Source: an uncultured Thermoleophilia bacterium
GTDB taxonomy: Bacteria > Actinomycetota > Thermoleophilia > UBA2241
Direction: 5' to 3'
Assembly (NCBI GenBank): GCA_963715985.1
Contig: CAVQSP010000011.1
Coordinates: 352,001 to 416,000, forward strand
Length of the DNA stretch: 64,000 bases
In this document: positions 54,875 to 64,000 of the stretch, in pieces
Layout: each line of letters begins with the position of its first letter
Position numbering within the stretch: position 1 is the first letter of the stretch
Position numbers and translations under genes: made by a program
Notes under the pieces: model-generated
The model's database searches: none
What the model was told of the DNA's origin: nothing
Seen by the model: only the letters and a program-made list of their open reading frames with translations

Positions 54875-55100
54875 GGTGCCACCTCCTCTCATGATCGCTC
54901 TTGCCTGGTTCTTCCCATGGCGGAAGTGAAAACAAACTGGAACGCTCCGCCACCTCCGTGCCTCGCCAGAACGGCCAAGCCGGGGACGAAATGTCCGTTC
55001 TCGCGTCCATTGTCAGGCTCGAGACGTGGATGCGACGATGCAGAAGGAGGCGACCAGCCACCTCATGCGAGCGACCCGCTCCCGCCTCCGTGGAGGGACG

Positions 55101-55769
55101 ATGCTCAGACTCCTCGACCGGCACGCCATCGGACAACTGCTTCGCACCAAGGGCATCGACGCGTGGGGCGTCGCCGCCAACACGCCGCGGCTGCCGTTCG
55201 CCCCCGACTATCCCACGGCGATCTCCATGCTCATGCGCGTCGACCCGCTGGTGGTGCGCGGCTTCCGCCACGGCCCTACGGAGGAGTACGCGCACGAGTA
55301 CTTCCGCCTCAACGTCGCGCTGGACGACGCCTCCGGCACGCTGGTGGACGCGCTCCGCGTGCACGGCCGCGCCGCCGAGAGCGCACCGGCCACCATGAGC
55401 GGCGATGTCAACGGCGACCAGCCGTTCCCCCACAAGGCCGCCGCCACCAGCGCCGGCCTGGGATGGATCGGCAAGACCGCCCTCTTCGTCTCCCACGACT
55501 TCGGCCCCGCCGTGCGCCTGGCGACGGTGTTCACCGACCTCGAGCTGCCGCCCGGGGAGCCCGTGCGCGAGGGCCGCTGCGGCGCCTGCCGGGACTGCGT
55601 GGATGCCTGCCCCGCCGGCTGCGGGCGCGACGTGACCTGGCAGGCCGGCATGCCCCGGGACGAGCTCTTCGACGCCGGCGCCTGCCGCCACCAGATGTCC
55701 CTGTTCCCCGCCGTCGGGGCGCAGGTGTGCGGCATCTGCATCGCCGCCTGCCCGTACACGCGGGCGTAG
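55101..55769 (+). CDS. Epoxyqueuosine reductase-like 4Fe-4S protein
   Basis: FPHKAAATSAGLGWIGK, FGPAVRLATVFTD, CGACRDCVDACP, CGICIAACP. Confidence 0.82.
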   Translation: MLRLLDRHAIGQLLRTKGIDAWGVAANTPRLPFAPDYPTAISMLMRVDPLVVRGFRHGPTEEYAHEYFRLNVALDDASGTLVDALRVHGRAAESAPATMSGDVNGDQPFPHKAAATSAGLGWIGKTALFVSHDFGPAVRLATVFTDLELPPGEPVREGRCGACRDCVDACPAGCGRDVTWQAGMPRDELFDAGACRHQMSLFPAVGAQVCGICIAACPYTRA

Positions 55770-55843
55770 CCGCTCCACGTTCCACGCGGGTCCGGCCGCT
55801 CACGTTGCCCCCCCTCCGGCGTCGTGCTACGCTTCGGGCTCTT

Positions 55844-55860
55844 CTGAAAACGGTTTTCAG
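55844..55860. promoter_or_regulatory. Zur box
   Basis: Palindrome CTGAAAAC-G-GTTTTCAG matching the actinobacterial TGAAAA-N3-TTTTCA Zur site, upstream of zur-znuACB. Confidence 0.85.
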
Positions 55861-55884
55861 TTTCATGTCGCTGGAGGGACCGCC

Positions 55885-56319
55885 GTGCCGCTCGACGCCG
55901 AGCAGATCGTGCATGCGCTCAACGACCGCGGGCTGCGGCTCACACGCCAGCGCCGCGCGGTGGTGGACGCCGTGGCCGGCGCCTCGTCGAGTGTCAGCCC
56001 CCTGCAGGTCTTCGACGCCGCCCGCGCCGCCTGTCCCGAGCTCGGGCTCACCACGGTGTATCGCACGCTCGAGGTGCTCAGTGAGATCGGCGCCCTGCGC
56101 CGCGTGCACGGGCCCGACCACTGCGAAGCGTTCGTGCCCGCCGGCGCGGCGCACGGGCACACCGTGGTCTGCAGCCGCTGCGGCAGCGTGGTGGAGTTCA
56201 CCGACTGCGACATGCACGCCGTGGTCGTGGCCGCCGGCGAGCAGACCGGCTACCGCATCACCGAGCACTTCCTGCAGCTGAGCGGCGTGTGCCCGGCCTG
56301 CGCCGCGGAGGGCACGTGA
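55885..56319 (+). CDS. zur: Fur family regulator, zinc uptake regulator
   Basis: LRLTRQR, GLTTVYRTL, HGHTVVCSRC, GVCPAC; heads the metal ABC operon. Confidence 0.85.
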   Translation: MPLDAEQIVHALNDRGLRLTRQRRAVVDAVAGASSSVSPLQVFDAARAACPELGLTTVYRTLEVLSEIGALRRVHGPDHCEAFVPAGAAHGHTVVCSRCGSVVEFTDCDMHAVVVAAGEQTGYRITEHFLQLSGVCPACAAEGT

Positions 56320-57263
56320 GACGGGCGGCGCTCCTCACCGCCGCGCTGGCCGCCGCCGCGCTGGTCGCGGCGGCGCTGGGCGCCGGCGTGCTCACCGGCT
56401 GCGGCGCCGCCGCCGGTGAGGCGAGCGGCGGCAAGCTCGACGTGGTCGCTGCCGAGAGCTTCCTCGCCGACATCGCCCAGAACGTGGCCGGCGACCGGTC
56501 CACGGTGGGTACGCTCGTCCCGCTCGGCGCCGACCCGCACGCCTTCGAGCCGGCGCCGCGCGACCTCGCGGAGGTGGCCGGCGCCGACCTCGTCATCGTC
56601 AACGGCGGCGGCCTGGAAGGGCCGTTGCTCGACACGCTCGACAACGCCGGCGGCAAGGCGCACATCGTGGACGCCTCCGCGGGCCTGACCAGCCGGACCC
56701 CGCAGCCGGGCGAGCCGCCGCTCGCCGCCGGCGAGACCGACCCGCACTTCTGGCTCGACCCGGTACTGGCGAAGACGTACGTGGCCAACATCCGCGACGC
56801 CTTCGTCCAGGCGGACCCCGAAGGGGCGGCGGCCTACGAGGCCAACGCCGCCGCCTACGTCGCCAAGCTCGACGCGCTCGACTCGTGGATCGCGAAACAG
56901 GTGGCGACCATCCCACCGGCGCAGCGCAGGCTCGTCATGAACCACGCCAGTCACGGGTACTTCGCCGACCGCTACGGCTTCCAGGTCATCGGTACCATCA
57001 TCCCCGGCGCCGGCACGGCGGAGTCGCCGACGGCGCAGCAGCTCGGCGACCTCACGAGGGCCATCGAGGCGAGCGGGGCCAAGGCCATCTTCGTGGAGAC
57101 CGACGAGAACCCGCAGCTGGCCCGCCAGATCGCCGCGGAGACCGGCATCACCGTGGTCACCGACCTGCTCGACCACTCGCTCACGCCCGCCGGCGGCGCG
57201 GCCCCCACCTACATCGACATGATGAAGTACGACGCGCGGCGTATCGTGGAGGCGCTCAGGTGA
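56316..57263 (+). CDS. znuA: Zn/Mn ABC transporter substrate-binding lipoprotein
   Basis: LTGC lipobox, DPHAFEP, DPHFWLDP, HASHGYFADRYG. Confidence 0.88.
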   Translation: MRRAALLTAALAAAALVAAALGAGVLTGCGAAAGEASGGKLDVVAAESFLADIAQNVAGDRSTVGTLVPLGADPHAFEPAPRDLAEVAGADLVIVNGGGLEGPLLDTLDNAGGKAHIVDASAGLTSRTPQPGEPPLAAGETDPHFWLDPVLAKTYVANIRDAFVQADPEGAAAYEANAAAYVAKLDALDSWIAKQVATIPPAQRRLVMNHASHGYFADRYGFQVIGTIIPGAGTAESPTAQQLGDLTRAIEASGAKAIFVETDENPQLARQIAAETGITVVTDLLDHSLTPAGGAAPTYIDMMKYDARRIVEALR

Positions 57264-58120
57264 CCAAGCACCCGTGCCTCGCGCTCGACCACGTGACCGT
57301 GGCATACCGTGGGCGCGCCGTGCTCGACGATGTCACCATGGATGTGCCGCACGGCGGCCAGGTGGCTGTGGTCGGGCCCAACGGCGCCGGCAAGTCCACG
57401 CTCTTCAAGGCCTTGGTCGGCCTGCTCCCCCTGCGCAGCGGGCGCATCGAACTGCGCGACCATGACCCGGATGCGCGCGCCGAACCCATCGCCTACGTGC
57501 CACAGCGCGAGGAGATCGACTGGAGCTTCCCCGTGACCGTGGCCGACGTCGTGATGATGGGTCGCTACGGGCGCCTGGGGTGGCTGCGGCGGCCGCGCGC
57601 CGCCGACCGTGATGTAGTGGCGCGCTGCCTCGAGGAGCTCTCCATCGCCGATCTGGCGACGCGCGCCGTCGGCGAACTCTCGGGCGGCCAGCAGCAGCGC
57701 GTGTTCCTGGCCCGGGCTCTGGCGCAGGAGCCTCACGTGCTCCTGCTCGACGAGCCGTTCACCGGCGTCGACGTGAACGCCAAGGAAGCCCTGCTCGAGC
57801 TGCTGGAGCGCCTGCAGCGGCTCGGCATCACCGTGCTCGTCAGCACGCACGACATGCAGACGGCCTCGCAGCGCTTCGCCCACGTGGCGCTGCTGAACGG
57901 GCGGCTGATCGCCTACGGCCCGCCGCCCGAGGTGTTCACGGCGCAGCACATCAGCGAGGCCTTCGGCGGTCACGCCCTCTTCCTCGACGACATGGTCGTC
58001 ATCGACGAGTGCTGCCCGGAGCCGCTCGTCGAAGGCCGGCGCGACCACCCGGGTCACGCACACGCGGCGCCGGAGCGCGGATCCGGCGACGCCGGTCCGC
58101 GTGGCGAGGTGAGGCCGTGA
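57260..58120 (+). CDS. znuC: Zn/Mn ABC transporter ATP-binding protein
   Basis: GPNGAGKST, YVPQ, LSGGQQQR, LLDEP. Confidence 0.88.
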   Translation: MTKHPCLALDHVTVAYRGRAVLDDVTMDVPHGGQVAVVGPNGAGKSTLFKALVGLLPLRSGRIELRDHDPDARAEPIAYVPQREEIDWSFPVTVADVVMMGRYGRLGWLRRPRAADRDVVARCLEELSIADLATRAVGELSGGQQQRVFLARALAQEPHVLLLDEPFTGVDVNAKEALLELLERLQRLGITVLVSTHDMQTASQRFAHVALLNGRLIAYGPPPEVFTAQHISEAFGGHALFLDDMVVIDECCPEPLVEGRRDHPGHAHAAPERGSGDAGPRGEVRP

Positions 58121-58968
58121 TCCACTGGCTCACCGAGCCGTTCACCCTCGAGTTCATGCAGCGCGCCCTGGCGGCGTCACTCATCGTCGGCGTGGTCTGC
58201 TCCGTGCTGGGCTGCTTCGTCGTGCTGCGCGCCATGGCCTTTCTCGGCGACGCCCTGGCGCACGCCATCCTCCCCGGCGTGGCCGTGGCCTACCTGCTGG
58301 GCGCCAACCTGCTCGCCGGCGCCCTGGTCGCCGCCCTGCTGGTCGCGGCGTTCATCGGCCTGTTCTCGCACCGCGGGGCCGTGAAGGAGGACACCGCCAT
58401 CGGCATCCTCTTCGCCGCCGCCCTGGCGCTGGGCGTGGTGCTCATCAGCACGGTGAGGTCCTACGCCACCGACCTCACGCACATCCTGTTCGGCAACGTG
58501 CTCGGGGTGAGCGCCGGCGACCTGTGGCTGACCGGCGTGCTGGCGGCGGGCGTGCTGGCCACCGTGCTCCTCCTCTACAAGGAGCTGCTCCTGGCCTCGT
58601 TCGACCCCGTGCTCGCGCACACCCTGGGGCGGCGTCCAGAGCTGCTGCGGTACGTCATGCTCTTCCTGCTGGCGCTGACGGTGGTGGTCAGCCTGCAGAC
58701 CGTGGGCGTGGGCCTCGTGGCCGCCATGCTGGTCACCCCGGCGGCCACGGCGTACCTGCTCACGCGCCGCCTCGCGAGCATGATGGCGGTGGCCGCCGCC
58801 ATCGGCGCCGCCTGCAGCGTTGCCGGCCTGTACCTCAGCTACTACCTCAACGTGGCCTCGGGGGCCGCCGTCGTGCTCGTCGCCACGGCCCTCTTTCTGG
58901 TGGCCTTCATCGCGGCGCCGCGGCGCGGCCTCGTGGCCCGGCGCGTCGCCGCGCGGAGGGCCGTGTAG
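58117..58968 (+). CDS. znuB: Zn/Mn ABC transporter permease
   Basis: GDALAHAILPG, EDTAIG, ILFGNVL, SFDP, MLVTPAATA. Confidence 0.88.
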   Translation: MIHWLTEPFTLEFMQRALAASLIVGVVCSVLGCFVVLRAMAFLGDALAHAILPGVAVAYLLGANLLAGALVAALLVAAFIGLFSHRGAVKEDTAIGILFAAALALGVVLISTVRSYATDLTHILFGNVLGVSAGDLWLTGVLAAGVLATVLLLYKELLLASFDPVLAHTLGRRPELLRYVMLFLLALTVVVSLQTVGVGLVAAMLVTPAATAYLLTRRLASMMAVAAAIGAACSVAGLYLSYYLNVASGAAVVLVATALFLVAFIAAPRRGLVARRVAARRAV

Positions 58969-59036
58969 CCGCGCCGTCCGTTTTGGCGCTCGCCGCGGCG
59001 AGCATAGTGAGCCCAGTGACCGACCAAGGAGGAGAC

Positions 59037-59504
59037 ATGCCCGCGACGTTCGTACTCGGCTACGACGGTTCGGAGTGCTCGAAGGCGGCCCTGGACCGCA
59101 CCGCCGAGCTGGCCGGCCAGATGCCCGGCGCCACGGTGGTCGTGGTGTACGCCTACGAGTTCTCCATCGGCTACGTGCCGACCGGCATGGCCGACTCCCC
59201 TCTCCTCATGTCGGCGGAGTTCGACGACCACGCCGAGCTCGTGCGCGGCTACGCCGACGGCCAGGTCAAGGAGGCGTCCGAGCGGCTCGCCGCGGCCGGC
59301 GTGCACGTGGAGACGGTGGTCGAAGAGGGGCGCCCGGTGGAGGTCCTGCTGCAGGTGGCCAAGGACCGCGACGCCGCAGCACTGGTCGTCGGCAGCCACG
59401 GCGAGGGCGCGATGTCCGCCGCCTTCATGGGCTCCACCGCACTCAAGCTGCTGCACCACAGTACGCTGCCGGTGCTCGTGGTACCGCGGCACGGCAAGAA
59501 GTGA
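59037..59504 (+). CDS. Universal stress protein
   Basis: VLGYDGSECS, LVVGSHG, MGSTA, PVLVVP. Confidence 0.92.
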   Translation: MPATFVLGYDGSECSKAALDRTAELAGQMPGATVVVVYAYEFSIGYVPTGMADSPLLMSAEFDDHAELVRGYADGQVKEASERLAAAGVHVETVVEEGRPVEVLLQVAKDRDAAALVVGSHGEGAMSAAFMGSTALKLLHHSTLPVLVVPRHGKK

Positions 59505-59514
59505 GGCCGCGGCG

Positions 59515-59910
59515 ATGAGCCCCGAGACCAAGGGCGGCGGCACGTGGCGAAAGCCCCGCACGGACCTCGTCGAGCTTCTCGACGAGGTCATCCCCAAGGG
59601 TGAGGCCCCCGTGGAGTTCAAGCCCATGTTCGGGGGCCCCTGCTACTGGACCGGCGGCAACATGTTCGCCGCCGTCCACCAGGAGAGCATCCTCGTGAGG
59701 CTGGAGGAGAACGACCGCGCCGAGCTGCTGGCGCAGCCCGGCGCGCACCTCTTCGAGCCCATGGAGGGCCGGCCGATGCGCGAGTACGTGGTCTTCCCCG
59801 AAGCGATGCTGAGCGACCGTGCCGCCCTCACGGCCTGGCTGGCCAAAGGCCTCGCTTACGCGGCGTCCCTGCCGCCCAAGGAGAAGAAGCCGCGCAAGAA
59901 GAAGGCGTAG
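59515..59910 (+). CDS. TfoX/Sxy N-terminal domain protein
   Basis: KPMFGG, GNMFA, GRPMREYV, YAASLPPK. Confidence 0.85.
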   Translation: MSPETKGGGTWRKPRTDLVELLDEVIPKGEAPVEFKPMFGGPCYWTGGNMFAAVHQESILVRLEENDRAELLAQPGAHLFEPMEGRPMREYVVFPEAMLSDRAALTAWLAKGLAYAASLPPKEKKPRKKKA

Positions 59911-59962
59911 GCGGCGGCGCGCCGCGACGCCCTCGCCGCCGCGCACCGCACAGGAGGAGCCC

Positions 59963-60730
59963 ATGGGTCAACTGATCGCGCAGGAGCTCGCCAAGATGGA
60001 GAACCTGCTGGACGGCGAGCTGCACGAGGTCGCCCTCGCCCGCGCCCTGGAACACCTCGGCGCCCCCGGGTTCCCGCGCAAGCTGCTCCCCGAGCTGCAG
60101 CTGTACGGCGACCACTTCCCCACCGCCGAGCGCCTGCAGATCACGTCGCGCCAGCGCGCCCTGCACTTCCTCTGGGACGCCTTCGACAAGCTGCCCCTCG
60201 GGGTGGTGGCGGACTTCGCCATCCCGTTCCGCCGGCTCATCGCCGAGCGCCTGTTCAAGCGCTGCGGCGCCGGCTTCGTCGCCGAGGAGGGGGTGCGCTT
60301 CAACTTCCCCCAGCTCCTCGATGTCGGCGACGACGTCTTCCTCGATCGCGGGTGTTACATGGACACCAAGGGCGGCGTGAGCATCGGCGACGCCGTGTGT
60401 CTCTCCGAGTGGGTCAAGATCTTCAGCCACACTCACAGTGAGGCCGCCCACAAGGAGCGCACCTATGCTCCCGTAGCCCTCGAGCGGTACGTCAAGGTGT
60501 ACAGCGACGCGATGATCATGCCGGGCGTGACGGTGGGCGCCGAGGCCATCGTCGCGGCACGCAGCCTGGTGGACCGCGATGTGGAGCCGGGCATGGTGGT
60601 GGCCGGCATCCCGGCGCAGCCGGTGCGGGGCCGGGCGTCAGAGGGCCGCCACGGCGCCGAGCTCGACCACGTCTGGTTCGCCGGAGGGGCGTTCCAGGAG
60701 GGCCGGGCGGCGGAGCGGCCGCCGGCCTGA
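59963..60730 (+). CDS. Hexapeptide-repeat acyltransferase with N-terminal extension
   Basis: VGDDVFLD, IGDAVCL, IFSHTH, IMPGVTVG, VVAGIPA. Confidence 0.85.
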   Translation: MGQLIAQELAKMENLLDGELHEVALARALEHLGAPGFPRKLLPELQLYGDHFPTAERLQITSRQRALHFLWDAFDKLPLGVVADFAIPFRRLIAERLFKRCGAGFVAEEGVRFNFPQLLDVGDDVFLDRGCYMDTKGGVSIGDAVCLSEWVKIFSHTHSEAAHKERTYAPVALERYVKVYSDAMIMPGVTVGAEAIVAARSLVDRDVEPGMVVAGIPAQPVRGRASEGRHGAELDHVWFAGGAFQEGRAAERPPA

Positions 60731-60762
60731 CGGGCGGCCGCAGCGGGAGGCCGGCCGCGCCC

Positions 60763-61683
60763 TCAGCTGCGCCGCGCGGGCTGTCCCGGCGTCGGGTTAG
60801 GCTGCGCAGGCTTGACCGGCACAGGCGTGACGCCGGCCAGGTCGCCGATGATGTTCACGAGCTGGCCGTCCGCCGGCACGATGATCTTGGCGTTCTGCCA
60901 GAAGGCCTTCTCCACCGTCTCCAGCTTGCGCAGCACCTGGGCGTTGCCGATGAAGTACAGCTCCGCGGCTTCGTTGACCAGTTTGATGGCCTGCGCCTCG
61001 CCCTCCGCGGCCAGGATCTTGGCCTGCCTGATGCCCTCCGCCTTCTTGATCTCGGCGCGCCGCTGGCCGTCCGCCTGCGTCTCGGTGGCGGTCGCGAAGT
61101 CCACGGCGGCGATCTTCTCGTTCTCCGCCTTGACCACCTTGTTCATGGTCTCCTGCACGTCCTGCGGCGGGTCGATCTCCTTGAGCTCGGTGCGCAGGAT
61201 CTCGATGCCCCAGCTGGCCGTCTCGGTCTTGAGGGTGGTACGCAGCTCCTCGTTGATGCGCCCGCGCTCGCTGTTGGCGGACTTGAGCGTCAGCGTGCCG
61301 ATGATGTTGCGGAGCGTGGTGCGCGCCAGATTGACGATCTGGTTCTCGTAGTTCGTGACGTTGTACTGCGAGGCTTTGACGTCCTCCTCAGTGGCCTTGA
61401 CCTTGAGGTACACCTGCGCGTCGACCTTGGCGTTCAGGTTGTCGTTGGTGATGATGGTCTGCGGCTGGGCCTCCACGAGGACCTCACGCACGTCGACCTG
61501 GAACAGCCTCTCGATGAACGGGATGATGATGTGGAACCCCGGATCGCAGTAGCGGTTGTACTTGCCGAGACGCTCCACGAGGCCACGGTGCGTGGGGCGG
61601 ATGATGCGGATGCCCATGAGCACGCAGCGACCAGCAGCGACGACCATGATGACGACGATGATGCCGAGCAGTACGTAACCCAT
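60763..61683 (-). CDS. SPFH/band 7 domain protein
   Basis: GLVERLGKY, IITNDN, TTLRNIIG, WGIEI, EIDPP, AEGEAQAI. Confidence 0.92.
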   Translation of the reverse strand: MGYVLLGIIVVIMVVAAGRCVLMGIRIIRPTHRGLVERLGKYNRYCDPGFHIIIPFIERLFQVDVREVLVEAQPQTIITNDNLNAKVDAQVYLKVKATEEDVKASQYNVTNYENQIVNLARTTLRNIIGTLTLKSANSERGRINEELRTTLKTETASWGIEILRTELKEIDPPQDVQETMNKVVKAENEKIAAVDFATATETQADGQRRAEIKKAEGIRQAKILAAEGEAQAIKLVNEAAELYFIGNAQVLRKLETVEKAFWQNAKIIVPADGQLVNIIGDLAGVTPVPVKPAQPNPTPGQPARRS

Positions 61684-61806
61684 ATGTCCCCCTTGCGGCG
61701 CCCGCGGCCCGCGACGGTACGCGGCGCGGAACGTCCATCTCCGTCCTCGATGGTAGGGCCGGGGCGGGCGGGTGTAAAGGAGAGCCGGGCGGCCTCGTGG
61801 GCCTGC

Positions 61807-61895
61807 TGGTGCCGGAGGCGAGGCTCGAACTCGCACGCCCCGTTGGGGGCAAGGGATTTTAAGTCCCCGGCGTCTACCAGTTCCGCCACTCCGGC
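61807..61895 (-). tRNA. tRNA-Leu (anticodon TAA)
   Basis: GCCGGAG acceptor stem, TGGTAGAC D-loop, GGGGA-CTTAAAA-TCCCT anticodon arm, long variable arm, GTTCGAG T-loop, encoded CCA; TATACT -10 just upstream. Confidence 0.97.
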
Positions 61896-61911
61896 ACGGC
61901 CGGAGTATACG

Positions 61912-62850
61912 TCAGGGAGGCGAGAGCGAACCCTCGGCAAGGGCCAGCGCGGCGCCCTCGAGGAGGTCCGCCTCGCTGACGCGCACGACGTCCAGGCCGA
62001 AGGCGAGGCACGCCTCCCGGGCGATCAGCGTGCCGGCGAGGATGACGTCCTCGCGGCCGGCCTGGATGCCGGGCAACCGGGCGCGCGCGGCGTTCGTCAT
62101 GCCTGAGAAGAGCGCTATCGCCGCGTCGATGTCGGCGAGCGACAGGACGTGGCCCTGCACGAGCTCGCTGCGATACTCGCGCAGCGCGAGCTTGTGGGCC
62201 ACGAGCGTCGTGTACGTGCCGGCGACGCCGACGCCGCGCCGCACCGCGGCGCGTACTTCCGCCGGCACGCCGTCGCGGATGGCGGCGCGCACCAGCTCCG
62301 TGAGCGCCGCCAGCTCGGCCGAGGCCGGCGGATCGTGCCGCACGAAGCGCTCGGTGAGCCGCACCACGCCGACGTCCAGGCTGCGGACCAGGTCCGGCGG
62401 ACCGCCGGGGACGCCGACCGCGAACTCGGTGCTGCCGCCGCCGATGTCGACCAGCACCGCCGGCCCCGCCGCCGGGTCCAGCCCGGCGGTGCCGCCGCGG
62501 AAGGACAGCGCGCCCTCTTCCTCCCCGCTGACCACGCGTGACGGCAGGGCGAAGTCGCGCAGCACGTCACTGAGGAAGGCGCCGCCGTCCTCGGCGTCAC
62601 GAAGCACGCTGGTGGCGACCAGCAGGCGGCGCTCCGGGCCGTACGCTTCGAGCTGCGGCGCATAGCCGGCAAGGCAGTCCCGCGTGCGTCGCACGGCGGC
62701 CTCGTCGAGCCGCCCGGCGCGGTCCACCCCCTGGCCGAGCCGGACCACCGTGACCAGGCGGGCGGTCACGTGCACCGCGCCCGCCTCATCGACCTCCGCC
62801 AGAAACAGGCGGCACGTGTTGGTGCCCAGGTCGACGATCGCGACTCTCAC
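61912..62850 (-). CDS. ppx: Ppx/GppA family exopolyphosphatase
   Basis: AIVDLGTNT, VRLGQG, ATSVLRDA, SGEEEG, DIGGGSTE, READ-type REDVI..G. Confidence 0.9.
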   Translation of the reverse strand: MRVAIVDLGTNTCRLFLAEVDEAGAVHVTARLVTVVRLGQGVDRAGRLDEAAVRRTRDCLAGYAPQLEAYGPERRLLVATSVLRDAEDGGAFLSDVLRDFALPSRVVSGEEEGALSFRGGTAGLDPAAGPAVLVDIGGGSTEFAVGVPGGPPDLVRSLDVGVVRLTERFVRHDPPASAELAALTELVRAAIRDGVPAEVRAAVRRGVGVAGTYTTLVAHKLALREYRSELVQGHVLSLADIDAAIALFSGMTNAARARLPGIQAGREDVILAGTLIAREACLAFGLDVVRVSEADLLEGAALALAEGSLSPP

Positions 62851-63407
62851 GAGCCTGCCTCACGTGCGAACGCCGCGCAGCGCCGGTCCTCGCACCACGG
62901 CCGTTCGACTTCAGCCGCCACGGCGCACCCGAACGCGTAGGCGGGGTGCGCGAGCGCGTGTGCCACGTGTGCGTGCAGGCACTTGACGGCGCGCGCGTCG
63001 CGCACCCCGGCGACGCCGGTGGCCAGGGAGGCGCCGTCGTCCTCCATGGCGCCTCCGGCGCGCTCCGCCAGCAGCCGGCGGCGGCGGCGCGACACCGCCG
63101 CGGCCTCCACCAGCGAGCGCCGCACGTCCGGCTCGGCGGCGGCGCGCCCGGTCCACCGCCGCACGCCGCCCTCACTCTCGACGTGCGATACCGCGGCGAC
63201 GTATGTGGGGCAGGTCAGATAGAACAGGGTCGGGAAGGGTCTGCCGCGCTCGTCGTACGGCAGGTCTTCCACGGCGGCCGGGAAGCCGAACGGGCACCGC
63301 GCCACCACCCGGCTCATCGGATGCGGGCGGCGGCCCAGCTGGCCGGCGATCACGAGGAGGTCGGTCTCGCCGACGCCGGCTCGCGGGAGGCGCTGCCCGG
63401 GCGTCAC
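62847..63407 (-). CDS. DUF501 family protein
   Basis: QLGR, RCPFG, PFPTLFYLTCP, VKCLHAH; conserved divIC-DUF501-ppx order. Confidence 0.92.
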   Translation of the reverse strand: MTPGQRLPRAGVGETDLLVIAGQLGRRPHPMSRVVARCPFGFPAAVEDLPYDERGRPFPTLFYLTCPTYVAAVSHVESEGGVRRWTGRAAAEPDVRRSLVEAAAVSRRRRRLLAERAGGAMEDDGASLATGVAGVRDARAVKCLHAHVAHALAHPAYAFGCAVAAEVERPWCEDRRCAAFAREAGS

Positions 63408-63414
63408 GGGCGCG

Positions 63415-63918
63415 TCAGCGCAGCAGGGTGCGCCAGAGGTCGTCGAGGCGGTCGAACACCGAGATGGACCCTGCCGAGGCAGTCTCGACCGGCTTGACCT
63501 CGCGCTCCTCGCCGGCGCCGGGCAGACCCTTGATCACGAACACCTGCGTGTCGGGGGGCACGAGCATGGAGTCTGCGCGCGCCACCTGCGCCACATAGTC
63601 CTTTGTGCTCAACAGCTCGACCTGGAGCTTGTAGGCCTCGTTCTCGGTGCGCGCAGCGGCGAGAGCCTGTGACTCGTGCTCGAAGCGGTCCTGCTGCCCG
63701 AAGAAGGCACGCAGCGGCGACACGTAGAAGGAGGCCCCGATGAGCACCAGGACGAGGAAGGCGATGCGCCCCAGGTGCAGACGAGGCGCGGACCCTCCGG
63801 ACGTGGGGCTCCCGCGGTGCGCGGCGTGGCGCCCACCCCTCGGGCGACGGCCGACGGTGCGTCCGGCGGTACGCTCGGCCGAGGCTCCGTCTGCCCGCGC
63901 TGTCACAGCATCCGCCAC
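63415..63918 (-). CDS. Septum formation initiator (FtsB/DivIC family)
   Basis: Basic N-terminus, one TM segment, coiled coil, YVAQVAR..MLVPP; upstream of DUF501. Confidence 0.82.
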   Translation of the reverse strand: MADAVTARADGASAERTAGRTVGRRPRGGRHAAHRGSPTSGGSAPRLHLGRIAFLVLVLIGASFYVSPLRAFFGQQDRFEHESQALAAARTENEAYKLQVELLSTKDYVAQVARADSMLVPPDTQVFVIKGLPGAGEEREVKPVETASAGSISVFDRLDDLWRTLLR

Positions 63919-64000
63919 TCAGTCTCCCGTCGACCCGGTCTCGGTCGCCGTACGTGCGGCGGCCAGTCTCATCCCTAGGGATTCGCGCCGCAGCCCGCGG

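Noticed and set aside
63970-64000. Possible 3' end of eno upstream of divIC
   Set aside because: Expected from synteny, but only a few codons are visible and there is no diagnostic motif.

Overview
High-GC chromosomal window, most consistent with an Actinomycetota genome (Thermoleophilia-like by gene content; this is inference). It holds about 55 mostly housekeeping genes: nrdR plus a class II ribonucleotide reductase carrying a LAGLIDADG intein at the catalytic Cys, sdhCDAB, hsp20-lon, a LexA-box-controlled DUF6504-dnaE2 cassette, a PASTA kinase, accC, paaK, copA with a CsoR box, zur-znuACB with a Zur box, tRNA-Leu(UAA) and divIC-DUF501-ppx. No transposase, integrase, prophage or CRISPR array was seen. 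At least six genes contain short frameshifts, probably long-read indel errors. The best candidates for undescribed biology are: (i) a sigma-factor-less partner-switching module (RsbW-like kinase, orphan NMT1-type binding protein, Cache-HAMP-SpoIIE phosphatase, STAS protein, convergent HATPase-GNAT fusion); (ii) an orphan REC-MshEN-PilB ATPase with two sigma28-like promoters and structured RNA-like elements on both sides; (iii) Lon with a histone-H1-like tail; (iv) several small ORFs with strong Shine-Dalgarno sites and probable ATC start codons; (v) a motif shared by the nrdR and exonuclease-UvrC upstream regions.
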